A stretch of DNA of 63,622 bases, filler included, from Octopus bimaculoides (Eukaryota), in the NCBI RefSeq assembly GCF_001194135.2. It is 4 parts of 4 records of this genome, joined end to end, with 100 filler letters (N's around TTAATTAATTAA, not from the genome) between each part and the next. Parts side by side here need not be neighbours in the genome. Positions count along the whole stretch, not along the records: positions 36,895 to 58,900 come from NC_068986.1; 3 more parts are not named here. One strand, 5' to 3'. Position 1 is the first letter of the stretch, and each line of letters begins with the position of its first letter. A program made the translations under genes and the position numbers. The notes beneath the pieces were generated by a model, which saw nothing but the letters and a program-made list of their open reading frames with translations, searched no databases and was not told the DNA's origin. Of this stretch, positions 38,507-51,105 are shown piece after piece.

Positions 38507-39114
38507 CCCATTAAGGTCCCAGATACTTAAATTTCTGAATATTACTTTAAAATTTTTAAGATGATTGGAAACAAGTTAAAATGAAAAAATTAATTAGGCG
38601 TAGGAGTGGCTGTGTGGTAAGTAGCTTGCTTACCAACCACATGGTTCCAGTTTCAGTCCCACTGCATGGCACCTTGGGCAAGTGTCTTCTACTATAGCCT
38701 CTGGCCGACCAAAGCCTTGTGAGTGGATTTGGAAGATGGAAACTGAAAGAAGCCCATAGTATATATATGTATGTGTGTGTATATGTTTGCGTGCCTGTGT
38801 TTGTCCTCCCAACATCGCTTGACAACCGATGCTGGTGTGTTTACATCCCCGTAACTTGGCGGTTCGGCAAAAGAGACCGATAGAATAAGTACTAGGCTTC
38901 CAAAGAATAAGTCCTGGGGTCGATTTGTTCGACTAAAGGTGGTGCTCCAGCATGGCCACAGTTAAATGACAAACAAGTAAAAGAATAAAAGAGTATTAAA
39001 ATTCCTTTACGTCGAGTGGAAATGAAAATACTCGGTGTCCTATAAATAGGACACTGAGGCAATGTGTTATAGCTTATTTAGTGTCCTATTTATAGGACAG
39101 TGGGACTAAAGGGG
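38507..39114. mobile_element. piggyBac-type MITE with TTAA TSD, hosting a nested SINE
   Basis: TTAA|CCCATTAAGGTCCCA (38503-38521) ... TGGGACTAAAGGGG|TTAA (39101-39118); palindromic subterminal repeats at 39035-39054 and 39081-39099. Confidence 0.65.
38596..38995 (+). mobile_element. Full-length SINE family A inside an ALIX intron
   Basis: Complete head, internal TA/TG microsatellite, core and aaaagagta tail. Confidence 0.92.
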
Positions 39115-39180
39115 TTAACAGTTGCATTTTCTTTCAAAATCAAATTCATTACAAATTGTAAATTTTTGCATTCAACTCAC

Positions 39181-39334
39181 CAGATGTCGCTTTCCTGTAG
39201 AAAGCCTCTTGAGCTTGTGCTAACATGAGAGCACTTATAGCAGCTAATGTCTCTGGATTCAAGTCAGGTGTGGGTTCTTGTTGAGTGTGGGACAATACAA
39301 TATCTTTCAAGTGTCCGAATATACCAGCTGATTG
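39181..39334 (-). CDS. PDCD6IP: PDCD6IP/ALIX coding exon (equivalent of exon 5), 154 nt
   Basis: tttttgttattAG|CAA TCA...ACA TCT G|GTgagt; QSAGIFGHLKDIVLSHTQQEPTPDLNPETLAAISALMLAQAQEAFYRKATS(E), containing the BRO1 LMLAQAQE motif. Confidence 0.96.
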
Positions 39335-40835
39335 CTAATAACAAAAATTAGTAATAATTAATGACACAAGCAGTATTAATACCAAAATGTTGTGACCCAA
39401 TGCCTGAATAGACACTGAGATTTTATACATACATACATATATATATACATACACATATCATTGTTATCTCTAACTGCAGATATCTATCATTGACAAGGCC
39501 AAGGAAGGTCGAAATCATGTGATCTCTTAGTTCCGGTGGCAGTAGCAGACAATTATCTCCTGCTAATGGTAGAAACACAAGTGCTTATATGCACCAAAAG
39601 TCTACACGAGAGGTTCCCTCAGAATAAATAATGCAGTATTTTGTGTTCCAACACAACATCCACTTTTAAGTGGGGATAAATATTACTGTTTGGAAATTAG
39701 TGATATTTAATAAGTTAAACTACTGCAATATACAGTAATACTGAAGTAATATACAATATTGTAGTAAAATATAAAGCTTTTGAGTTCAAACCTTAGGCAA
39801 GTTGACATTCACAAATATAATCACCATCTCCTCCCCCTCACTCTTCCTCTAATATACCCATTCATGATGTTTTCTATTGAACCTCCTTACTACAATAAAC
39901 TGTCTATCACTATCTTTCTTCCATTACTCCTCCTATCATCCTGTTTCTCTCCTCCTCCTTTTACCCTCTCATCCTGGTTTACTCGTTATTCTCTATTTTT
40001 CATTCACCCTCCGGGTCACATTGCTTTGAACAAACAGAGAGGACTCTTATAGTGTTGCAGGAGACAAGGTAACCTCTCTGATACTGGTGCCACAATGGAA
40101 TACACCAAGTAGTAAGTACACTCACAACAAAGTGAGTGGCAAATAAAAGGACATCAGGTGAAGAAGATTCTTTCGACTTTGCGAAGTTAGGAAAATCTCT
40201 CAAGTACCAGTGCCACCATAAAATATTCCCAGTAAATTCTACAAAAATGTTTGCATCTCATTAACAGGTTGAAGAAAATGAAGAAAGAGAAAGTGTTTAC
40301 TAAATTAGTTTATTTATGTACATTTAATATTTACAGTACATTTTAGAAGTCAAAGAAAATTGTCGTAGAGAGTTATGACATAAAATTTATACTAGCTAAT
40401 TCTTCCATACTAAGCTACTAGAGTTTTACACAACAATTCAAAATAGTCTTGTTGAATTAAGTAATAGATATGGCATAACAATAGCCAATATCTCAAAGGA
40501 GTGAGTGTTGTGGAGTCAAGTGACAACCAATGATCACTGATTAATTTCCCAAAAATCAGGGTTTTCATAACTTCTCAAACCTGAATTCTAAGAACCGTAT
40601 TTCATGAAAGACTTCTCTTTGACGAAAGTTTAGAATCCAAATATGGGCAGTAATTTTAACCAATGGGAAACGAACAATTATACATATTCGGGCAACATGA
40701 CCATTACGTCATATTACTTGCCGATAAAAGTTTATTATTATGACTCGTGTCGCTACACATGGAAACAAAAGAGGAGTTTAGAAAAATTAATTAAATACGT
40801 CTTCAGTTTTATTTTGTTCAAACAAATAATCTTAC

Positions 40836-40963
40836 TTGAAATAATTTGACTGAAAGTTTAAGTCCTTCATCAGTATCATGGTTCTGAGAGGCAGCAATTT
40901 GACTTTGTAAGGCAGCAATGTTGAACAACATGCAGACTTTCTCATACATTCCAGAAACAACAC
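40836..40963 (-). CDS. PDCD6IP: PDCD6IP/ALIX coding exon (equivalent of exon 4), 128 nt
   Basis: tttgtttttAG|GT GTT...TTT CAA|GTaag; [42 protein letters not shown], compare ALIX YEKSCVLFNCAALASQIAAEQNLDNDEGLK. Confidence 0.96.
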
Positions 40964-41555
40964 CTAAAAACAAAGAAGAAAGAAAAAAAAGACTCTTTGA
41001 CCAGAATAATTCAAACCAATACACGAGAAACACAATTGTTAATAGGAAGCAACGGTTGTGGTTTAGCTGAGGTGTGCCCTCACTGGGCAGACGAAAGATC
41101 AGAGAGCATCCAGAATTACGTCATTCAATGTTCATTTCAAGATAACATGTAATTTGAGGGTAATTTGGCTGCTATTTCTAGCAAGACAATCGTCCGTGAA
41201 TAGGTTGCTTTGCTGGCTTTAAATCAGGGTATTACTGTTGTTACATTGCTATGGAATTACACACACACTTATCAGGTTAATGCTTTAAGATCACCCATAG
41301 CTTTCAGCCCTCTGAGGTATTTTGGACCACAAGCCTACACGGCCATCCTAGAATTGAAGGCTTTGTCATCTTACTCCTGCCAAAAGGTATACGTATTGCT
41401 AGATCACAATGTTTGCCCAAATTTTGGACTGATGTAAAAGCATAAGGAACCCTGCTCATAATTTAAAGCTTACTTTAAAATCCCAAGATTAGTTTCTATT
41501 TCTGACAATGAAAGTAAAGGAAGTACTTAGAAAGGAAGACATTCCCATACCTCAA

Positions 41556-41710
41556 GTCATGTGGCATGGCAAGAAGTTTGCTTCCTAACCACATAGTTCC
41601 GGGTTCAGTCCCACTGCATGACACCATGGGCAAGTGTTTTCTACTATAGCCTTGTGCCAACCAAAGCTTTGAGTGAATTTGGCAGATGGGAACTGAAAGA
41701 AGCACATCAT

Positions 41711-41767
<57 letters not shown>

Positions 41768-41931
41768 GCCACCACTTGATAACCGGTGTTGGTGTGTTTA
41801 CATCCCTGTAATTTTGGCAAAAAAAAAGGACCAATAAAGTGTCAGGGTTATAAATAAATCCTGGCATTGATTCATTCTTCTCAAGGCAGTACCCCAGCAT
41901 GGCCATAGTCTAAAGACTGAAACAAGTAAAA
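41556..41931 (+). mobile_element. SINE family A (older copy) with expanded (TG)n
   Basis: tagttccgggttcagtcccactgcatg...ggaactgaaagaagc (TG)n ...cccagcatggcc...gactgaaacaagtaaaa. Confidence 0.85.
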
Positions 41932-42094
41932 AGCAATGGTATGCCATACAACCTGTGATACCCTGTTGAGATTTTGTAGTAACAATTTCCCTGCAACTGT
42001 CTCCACTTGCAATAGGAGGCATTTGAAATATCATTTAAGAATCAGGCCTTGTGAATGCTGGATTAAGAGATTAGCAATGGATTTAATTACTTAC

Positions 42095-42164
42095 CCAGTG
42101 TTCTCCGACCGGAAAAAAAAGATTCTTTATCAAAAGCATCTTTCCACTTGAATAGAATTCTTAT
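42095..42164 (-). CDS. PDCD6IP: PDCD6IP/ALIX coding exon (equivalent of exon 3), 70 nt
   Basis: tttttctttcAG|ATA AGA...ACA CTG G|GTaagt; IRILFKWKDAFDKESFFSGRRTL(G), the BRO1 F-x-W-x-D-A-F motif. Confidence 0.95.
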
Positions 42165-43405
42165 CTGAAAGAAAAAAAGAAAGAAAAATGTATGGATTAT
42201 CTTCATTTTTTAGTGGTTACCAGTTTAATTTCTTTATAAAAAAAAGCAAACAATGCAACATGGCAACCAGCATAATTTCTTCTAAGTTTGAAAGCCTAGT
42301 CAATAGAGAAGAGTTACAATTAGATGAAATCTCCAAGAAGTTAAAATGTACAAATCTAATATCCAAGAAGCTAACATTGGCAGGAAAGTACCCAGGAGTC
42401 ATGACCTGGATGTAGCCTGGACCCCCTTAAAACGTTAAGTTAAGGGCCAAAACACTTGCTTGAGGAAGTTTTCTTACCACTAATCTTTAAGTGAAATGAA
42501 GAACAGGAAATGAATTTATCTCTGGTTCAACTCCTAAAGAAGGTCACCCAGTTCCAATGGCGTATAAGAGACCAAAATCAGATTTCCAGCAAGGAGAAGG
42601 TTAGTCATTTACACTGATCCCTAGTACATGACTGGTACTTTGACTATCAACCCTCAAAGGGTTGAAAAACAAAATTGTACCCAAGAAATTTCTGGTACTT
42701 GAGAATATAAAGAGCTAGAAGAAATGTGCAGTATTTTGTTCATTGTGCTGCTAATTCATCACTTTATAAAGTCATTACAAATGGCTATTTTAAAGATAAT
42801 TTAACTAAACTTTGATGCCACTAAAAGTTTATCCATTCATTCACTTCATCCTAATTTTTTGAAGGCAGATGAACCCTGGTAGAAATTAGCAACAAAAATT
42901 ACAACAGAGAAAGGAAATTTGAGGAAATTAAACAGATCGCCAAACAATAGCCAATACAGAAGAAATTCACTCAAAAGTAAACTGTTTTTAATGAGTCATT
43001 TGAATTGTAAAATAAGTCTAAACTCTAGAAATTAAACAACAAAAATGTGAATCTGGACAAAACAACATAAGAAAACTAACAGATATTTTTTATTTCAGAA
43101 AAAACATACGGGAAGTGAATTGTAAAGATTTGAGGCAGCCTTTCAATAAAACAGAAGTCAATTAAAAGAGGAAGAACGAGACTGGAAGTTGACTCAAGCA
43201 GAATGAAATAAATAAAACAGTTTAATGAGACAAAGGTATGATGATGATAAAGTTAAAACTGTGAAGTTGTAATTAACACATAGGCATTTTGGAATTTCCC
43301 ATTTGTTATATAAATAAGCATCAAAACTGATCTATATTAAGTGGCTTTTAATGTCAACAAAATAAAGGAAGATTTGGCCAAGCAGAACTCAACCAAATAC
43401 ATTAA

Positions 43406-43642
43406 TACATAGTTTCTCAACCAGGGTTCATATGACCCTTTGGGGTCCACCTGAGATTTTGTTATGTGCAATAAATTGGTTAATCTTTCACAATGCACTA
43501 AATAATTTTTTTAATTCCTAATAATAATTATAAAAATAGACGTTTTTTTAAAAACACCAAATGCTTATGAGAGTCCAGTAGAATGTAATAGGAATGAAGG
43601 GGGGGGGGGTCATAGGAAAAAAAAACTAATTCAGAATCACTA
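43406..43642. mobile_element. Degenerate hAT/Charlie-type MITE
   Basis: Left catagtttctcaacc resembles the CAGTGGTTCTCAACC TIR; right ttcagaatcacta is a decayed counterpart. Confidence 0.4.
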
Positions 43643-43744
43643 ATCTAAATCCAGACTAATCCAAACAAGAAATCTATCCCAACTGTAAATACTATGGAAT
43701 TCAGACAGTTTCTTTTCGATGCCAGTGTTTTGATTGTCCCCTTA

Positions 43745-43942
43745 CTGGCCTTCGTGCGGGTGATACGTAAAAGCACCCACTACACTCTCTGAGTGGTTGG
43801 CGTTAGGAAGGGCATCCAGCTGTAGAAACTCTGCCAAATCAGATTGGAGCCTGGTGTAGCCATCTGGTTTCACCAGTCCTCAGTCAAATCGTCCAACCCA
43901 TGCTAGCATGGAAAGCGGACGTTAAACGATGATGATGATGAT
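43745..43942 (+). mobile_element. SINE family B
   Basis: aaagcacccactacactctctgagtggttggcgttaggaagggcatccagctgtagaaac...gcggacgttaaacgatgatgatgatgat; high identity with 56383-56580. Confidence 0.85.
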
Positions 43943-46151
43943 GTTCCCAGACTCAAAGAGTTTTTAAATCTTTAGCTAAAAAATGGCTTAAAGCAGTAAA
44001 TATCTGGGAAATGGTGGCAAAATATTAACACTGACATTCTAACAATTCTNNNNNNNNNNNNNNNNNNNNNNNNNNNNNNNNNNNNNNNNNNNNNNNNNNN
44101 NNNNNNNNNNNNNNNNNNNNNNNNNNNNNNNNNNNNNNNNNNNNNNNNNNNNNNAAAATAAAAATAAAAATAAAATTCTTTACGGAAATTGCCGAAGACT
44201 GAGACTACCATCGAAACATTGCCCATGTAATGTATTGAGTTCTACATCGGATAATGTTAGCACAGAGTACATTCTATTTTTAGTATTCTTTATAAATGTT
44301 ACAATACGATATAAACACACACGTCAAAATGGCAAATGACATGAAGAAATAACCCTTTCATTTTTTGAAGCCAAAATATTCAATAAAATTTCAAAATATT
44401 CTGCCAGGAATGCTAACGACTGATTTTTTTTTTTTTTTACAACTAAACCCCCATTATCACCACCACTACACACAAGTTACACACAGATTTGACAGGAAAT
44501 GCTATAAGCACACTTCAACTATAAATATCGCCAATATCATATATACACACAAGAAATTGTTATATACACACTTCAATTACACACACACACACAAATTGCC
44601 CCCTCCTCCCACTACAACTATCAATTGCCATAAACAAAACACCGCACAATTTCCAGCTGACCCAGGAGGCCTACTTTTCACTCCATCTTCTGATGGTGCC
44701 ATTACTAAACATTATGTCTACTTACTCACACACACTGCTCTATACGATGCCATTTTAAAAAATAAACTGAACAGGGTTAATGTAATTTATAATCTCAACA
44801 CGGTTTAATATCTGGATGTATAGAAAGACTATAAAACTGTGGCAGCCTTTTCGATAACGAATTGTTGTGAAGAAAATATCGAAAGGCTTTATATATATTC
44901 AGAAATAGAAGCTATGATATTTTAATTTCACTTTGCTTAAACTATTGAAACGTTTGAAAACAAGGTTAAATTGTGACGAATGAGAAGGAAATGTGTTATT
45001 AATATTGTTTACATTAGAAATAAATTATCATAAATAGTGCTGTTATTAGATATAATGTAGACAGCTAATGAAGAGAAATAAGACTCGCTAAAAAAGAATA
45101 AACATACAAAATGTGAAACCAAAATGCGTTTAGTAGAAGAGTATAAAATCTAGGATAGTTGTTTTGTAATACAGGCCTGCTATTAGTTGGGGGGGGGGGT
45201 ATTGACAGAGAACCGAAGTCTTGTGTCGCTATTTCAGCAACCAACTGTGGAACCACCAAATTTTATCTAAACATGCCTTCTGTCAATTCTCACAATATTA
45301 TCATTCAAAACAAAAGACCTTTTATGGGAAAATTTTATTTAAAAACATTTTTCTTTCTTTTAAATTAATTACACGCAGGCTTGAATAAAGATTAAAATCA
45401 AATATTTGATTTTCCTCAAAATAGTATATTTCCTCCAACGTGACCAATAATTATAATTAAGTTGCTAATTATACAAAATGAGTCCTTTTTAACTCTTTCA
45501 TTACCATATTTGTTGAAACCGACAGCGTTTGTTTCAGATAATTTTGAAAATAATTTCATGAAATAACATATTTAAGCAGGTGTCCGTGACAAAACACAAG
45601 TTTGATGGAAGATTTTAATTTAAATCACTTCAAAACAGTTAATTTAATATCTGACCCAGGGGCGATATCAGGCAGAGTGGGATCAAAATGGCATGTTTAA
45701 ATAAATCAGATCTGTTAACTAAAACTAGGCAATCTTTCGATATTGGTATACGCCAGTCACCCTACACATATCTGACATAAAGAGAGTAGGCTGAAAAAGA
45801 GGATAAATGAAGCTGTCTCCTCACACCGACACTCTCTAGACCAATAACGAAGGAACGCCACTTCATACATTTGCATTAATAGCAGTATTGCTATCAATAT
45901 GATAGCGATAAATTAGTAGATAAATTTAAGTATTATTCGTGACACTATATCTCAGACAGGGTCAGTCGTTGACCATATACAGCCTTATATATATATATAT
46001 ACTGTTTTCACTTCAAGTTTTTATTAATATGAGATAAAATTCATCGAAACCAGTAATATTTTGTTTACTATATAAAATTTTAAAATCATTTTAATAAATT
46101 CTTTCTAAATTGAAAGGTCTTAGATTTACTTCTGTGTTGTTTCCACCTCCA

Positions 46152-46193
<42 letters not shown>

Positions 46194-46203
46194 GCGTGTG
46201 CGT

Positions 46204-46239
<36 letters not shown>

Positions 46240-46925
46240 TAGCAAGATTGACTTGTCTGGAAATTTTTGCTGTTTTTAAAAACTTCTATAGTTTTCATAA
46301 ATGCCTAATTTCTTTTGAACTTGTGCCCCCGTCCCGAAGATGGAGTTAAATCTAGATAGATAAAAAAAGTAATGGTAAAGATGCAGACTTCAAAAAGAAC
46401 ATATTTGAAAAACTATGTCGTTTGTTATTCACCACTCTCACTGTTTCTACTTTCACAGTTGTCCATCTATTATTTTCATCTTTATGTCACTTAACTCCAT
46501 ACAATTAAGAAAATAATGTTTCCTTTTCCATCGTCACTTATTTAAATTAATGAAAAAGTACTGAAAGAATGGAACAAAATCAAAGACAGTATAATATTAT
46601 TCTGAAATAGTATGACGCGTTGATAATTTCAACAAAACGTTAATGTTGTATCCTTATTTTCCTCCCATTTCAGTGCACGAAGCGTGGTAGCATCTCCATT
46701 CAGCTGTCGGACGTCTGTAGTGTAACACACCCACTCATCACAATAGATGGTGATTAGGCGATGGAGCTTGTGTGTAGATGTATGGATAGTTAAACAGACA
46801 CGCACAACTCATCACCTGGTACATTTATTTTTATCCCATTAAGACAATTGTATTTAGGGCTTTGATTTTGTTCCATAGTTAAAACAGAGACGAAGGAAGA
46901 GAAGAGAAAAAAAATGGCACAATAC

Positions 46926-46980
46926 CTGGTTTTCTGAAATTGGTAGCTTGTTTTCAATGGCAACAAGTTGGTCATAGTAT
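46926..46980 (-). CDS. PDCD6IP: PDCD6IP/ALIX coding exon (equivalent of human exon 2), 55 nt
   Basis: Minus strand ttctcttctcgtAG|A TAC TAT GAC CAA...AAC CAG|GTatt translates (R)YYDQLVAIENKLPISENQ, matching ALIX YYDQICSIEPKFPFSENQ; phase 2 in, phase 0 out. Confidence 0.95.
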
Positions 46981-48469
46981 CTACGAGAAGAGAAGAGAAC
47001 AACTATTCCAACAAAAACATATTTAAAAAATATTTACTGAAACAATGCACTTCAAATTATTTGTTGTGTTCAATTTTGTAAGAGTTTAGTTAAATTAATC
47101 AACCCGTTTATATTACTGGTATCAGCATTTACTATAAAATATGTAAACATACTTTATGGTGTGCGGAGCTTCAAGTTCTTGGACACACACAAAATAACTG
47201 CTTGCACCATTTTGTAAAGACATTTTAATAATAAAACAAATTTTTGTATGATGACGAGCAACCCCACAACCTCAGCAAAATTTGTTATTGAAATGTTTAG
47301 GATTTTATTTTATACAACTGTCAGAGGAAAGCAAAATATATTCCATTTCAGACAAGATAGACAGACAGGTCTTGTGTCAATATCAAGTTATGAAGGTAAG
47401 GGAAAAGAGAAGTGAACCTTTTATAAACCAATTCAAAATTGCTGGAGTTAAAATCGGAATTAATTGAACATGAATCATTACAAGTTCCTGACAGTTCTTG
47501 GAGAAGTTTTATCTCTTAAACGAATACCAAAAATTTCAAGTTTCAGAACTCGCTTTCGGTCGGTAAGTAAATAAAGTTTCCCCGAAAGGTTTTGTGTTAT
47601 ATACAGCAGACAACAAACTGAAAACGTGAATGAATCAAAGAAAAACCACGATCCATAAGCAATATTCAATAAAATGAAACAAGATTATTTTTGATATTAT
47701 AAGAAAATGGGTTAGCATGAAGTTTCCCGGGCACCTTTCTGGTTATCCAAATCTCGCTACACTTTAATTGCGTTGTGTCCCTCCAGAAATATTAATCATT
47801 TTACTATAAAACACTGGTGATTAAGTGTCGCTTCGCACCTCCATGGTTTCGGGTTTCAGTTCCAATGCACGGCACATCTCTTATGTCGCTGCGACTGAAG
47901 TCTCCTAAGTGAAATTAGGTGAACAAACTATGGGACCCCATCAAGAAATTCGTCGCTGTTTTGGGATGAAAATCCGGCTTTAAGTGCCTTCAATGGAATC
48001 GAACATTCTGGCATGGTCCCCCTGTCGGAAAACAACTTCCTTCCATCTGTGAAAATACTACCCCCACCTCACAGCCTTTTCTTCATTAAACTTTGGTCAA
48101 GTTGCTTCCATAAATCTAAACTTTAACTTTACACATCACCAATACAATAAAGTTCCGCTAATCCGGTACGTGGGTAACGCCGGATCATTGAAATAATAAA
48201 ACCAGGTCGTTTAAACATGTTGACTATTTTTCAACAACTTTTAACCGTCTGCTCCCATCTCCTAACACGTATTTTGAAAGTTTATATATCCATTAAAATG
48301 TAAACACACGTGTCCTCGAGATATCCTCAGTTCACTGTAATTTCTGGGAGGGGGGGGTCTTCGGATAACATGGGTCCCGAAATCTCACTTTCCCAGATCA
48401 CTTTGGGTTCTTAACATTACATCTGGTGGAAGTATATTTTTCTTTGATGTGTGGCGTGGGAGACCGGCT

Positions 48470-48776
48470 GCTGAGACGCCCTTCGGTCATGAATGACCAT
48501 GGGATTGCACCTAGAAAGTCACCCTCCGAGGCACGAGTCCGGGCAAGGTTGTTAATGGAAGACCAGCAGTCGCCCATGCACACCGGTGTTATCCAAGGGA
48601 AAGGCAAAGGGGCCGATACAGCTTGACACCTGTGACGTCGCAACTCAACTCTACAACTGAGTGAATTGAAGCAACGTGAAATAGAGTGTCTTGCTCAAGA
48701 ACACAACACGCAGTCCGGTCCGGGATTCGAACTCACAACCTCGCGATCGTAAGCTCGACGCTCTAACCACTGAGCC
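48470..48776 (-). mobile_element. tRNA-headed SINE (family D-like)
   Basis: Minus strand head GGCTCAGTGGTTAGAGCG (A-box) ...GAGTTCGAATCCCGG (B-box), followed by a ~250-nt non-tRNA body. Confidence 0.75.
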
Positions 48777-50857
48777 TTCACTGGGAGACCGGCATGTTTA
48801 AAAATAGACCCAACGTTTCTTCTGTGTCGTAAAATAGGGGCGACCGAAAGGGATTGAGGTGGGATTTGCACTTTGACCTCCTAAAACCCTCAACAGCAAA
48901 GACCACCCGAACAGACCCATGGGTTGGAGGATTGTCGCATGAAGGGTGCAAAGGTGTCTTAATTGTTAGGAGTAGCAGCGAATGACCAACAACAAATTGG
49001 TAGAAACAGCGATGCGCTGTTACAGCACATGCCTTCACTCCTTGCTCCATACTGCCGACTGGTTGTCAACGCAATCAACACATGGCTAATTTTCTAAATT
49101 AGCCATAAGCTGCATCGACATTGTTCCTTTAATGCCCATAAACTATTAAACAAACTTATATCATATACTCACACACACAAAGCTTTTATTTTCCACATTA
49201 CAATTCCCAAGTGACGTCATTTTATTCGGAGATCACGAATGAAAATGGTTATTTTATCTATTCCCGTGAAAATATGTTTCTCTTTATCAATTCATCCAGA
49301 TCCACACTAAATGCAAAACCAAATAATTAACTGTTGACTGAGGGTTTTTCTTTTTTTTCTTCTTAAATTTGAATGTGAACAATGATATCCATCTCGATCA
49401 GGGGGTTGAAAATAATTGAAGCTCAAAAATATGCCGGACAATTGTGCCTGTCAGGTTAATTAGGTAATTGAATTGTTGGAATCCAACTGAATTGGCGGAC
49501 GTAAAGATTGTGGACTGCACCCCAATTTCGTCTTTATTATATATATATATATATATATNNNNNNNNNNNNNNNNNNNNNNNNNNNNNNNNNNNNNNNNNN
49601 NNNNNNNNNNNNNNNNNNNNNNNNNNNNNNNNNNNNNNNNNNNNNNNNNNNNNNNNNNNNNNNNNNNNNNNNNNNNNNNNNNNNNNNNNNNNNNNNNNNN
49701 NNNNNNNNNNNNNNNNNNNNNNNNNNNNNNNNNNNNNNNNNNNNNNNNNNNNNNNNNNNNNNNNNNNNNNNNNNNNNNNNNNNNNNNNNNNNNNNNNNNN
49801 NNNNNNNNNNNNNNNNNNNNNNNNNNNNNNNNNNNNNNNNNNNNNGATTATGGTTCTGGGGGGAAAAAATTGCAAAGTTTCAATTTTTAAGAAAAAGTGA
49901 AAATTGAATTTTTTAGGGGGGGAGGGGGGTCAAGTTTTTTTTTTTTTTCAGAAGCAGTCTCCGTACTCGAAAATGGGGGGAGGGGTCTGTAAAAAAAAAA
50001 AGACGAAAGGTGGTACAGTCTACATTCCTTACGTCCGCTCACTGATTTTCTAATTCTTGCACAAAAACTTCATGTCATTACTTGAGGGTATGGTTACCAT
50101 GTTTGACACGAGACCCTCCCTGTCCAAAATCACAGGCCCCTAAGTTAAGGGCAAATAACTTTTGTATCTTTGAGAGAGGGGAGTTATTGATTGAAACAAA
50201 AGCAACATCACAGAAAATTATTTACCCCTACCGTATTTAGATCTCAGTTGAAATCCTAACTGACCAGTTTGGTACACAACTGAAATACTACCCCAGTTTG
50301 TTGTCACCCAAGTATTTGCTTAACAGCGCCTACACTACACACTATGATATACAATTTATTGCTTATTATAAACCTTTCTGTCTGTACCCTTAATTGTAGA
50401 AAGAATTGTCTTCATTTTAATTTCACATTTTAAATCAAGACTAATATTTTTGCACATCAATGGCGCGAAACAAAATTAGAAATAGCAGTCAAATTTCTCT
50501 CAAATCAAACGTCTTACACAAAGCACATGGAATAACGTAGTCTTAGATACATCACTCGCGAAGACATGTCATTTTGGTCATGGCTAATCCGCATTTTAAA
50601 CCCCTGAAATTGGTATCAACCAATAAAAGAATAGACAGTCTACCTGGTTGTCTTAAAATCTATAATAAAATAAAAAATTTAAAAACCTCGAAAAGCGCCA
50701 TAAAAATAATGCAGTAACTGACTTTTGTTAATCTTAAATAGGACGGCGAGGAAAATAAATCAGGCCTGACGAGATATTGTGAACTGACTTAAGTGCAATG
50801 AATTGCAAATTCTGGTGTGAAGAAAAACGTTTCGTGAGAGTAATTAAAAACAATAGT

Positions 50858-51105
50858 GGTACCTTGGGTAAGAGTTCTCTACTATAGCATTGGGCCAACC
50901 TAAGCTTTCAATGAATTTGGTTAGACGGAAACTGAAAGAAGCCTGTTGTGTGTGCTTGTCTTCGTGTGTGTCTGTTCCCCACCACCGCTCGACAACTGGT
51001 ATTGTGTTTACGCCAGCGAAAATTAGCGGTTCGGCAAAAGGTACCGAGCTTTTAAATAAATACCGGGGTAGATTCATTCAATTAAAAATTTTTTTTAAGC
51101 CGCAG
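50858..51105 (+). mobile_element. SINE family A, degenerate and 5'-truncated
   Basis: ctactatagc...agacggaaactgaaagaagcc...tagcggttcggcaaaag. Confidence 0.75.

Noticed and set aside
47480-47580. Plus-strand donor (cg|gtaagt) and minus-strand ORF 47478-47669 as ALIX exon 1 or a divergent gene
   Set aside because: No ALIX N-terminal motifs (VPLK, KHE) in any frame and no other support.
48715-48776. Possible tRNA gene
   Set aside because: A and B boxes are present, but there is no convincing acceptor stem or poly-T terminator, and it continues into a SINE body.
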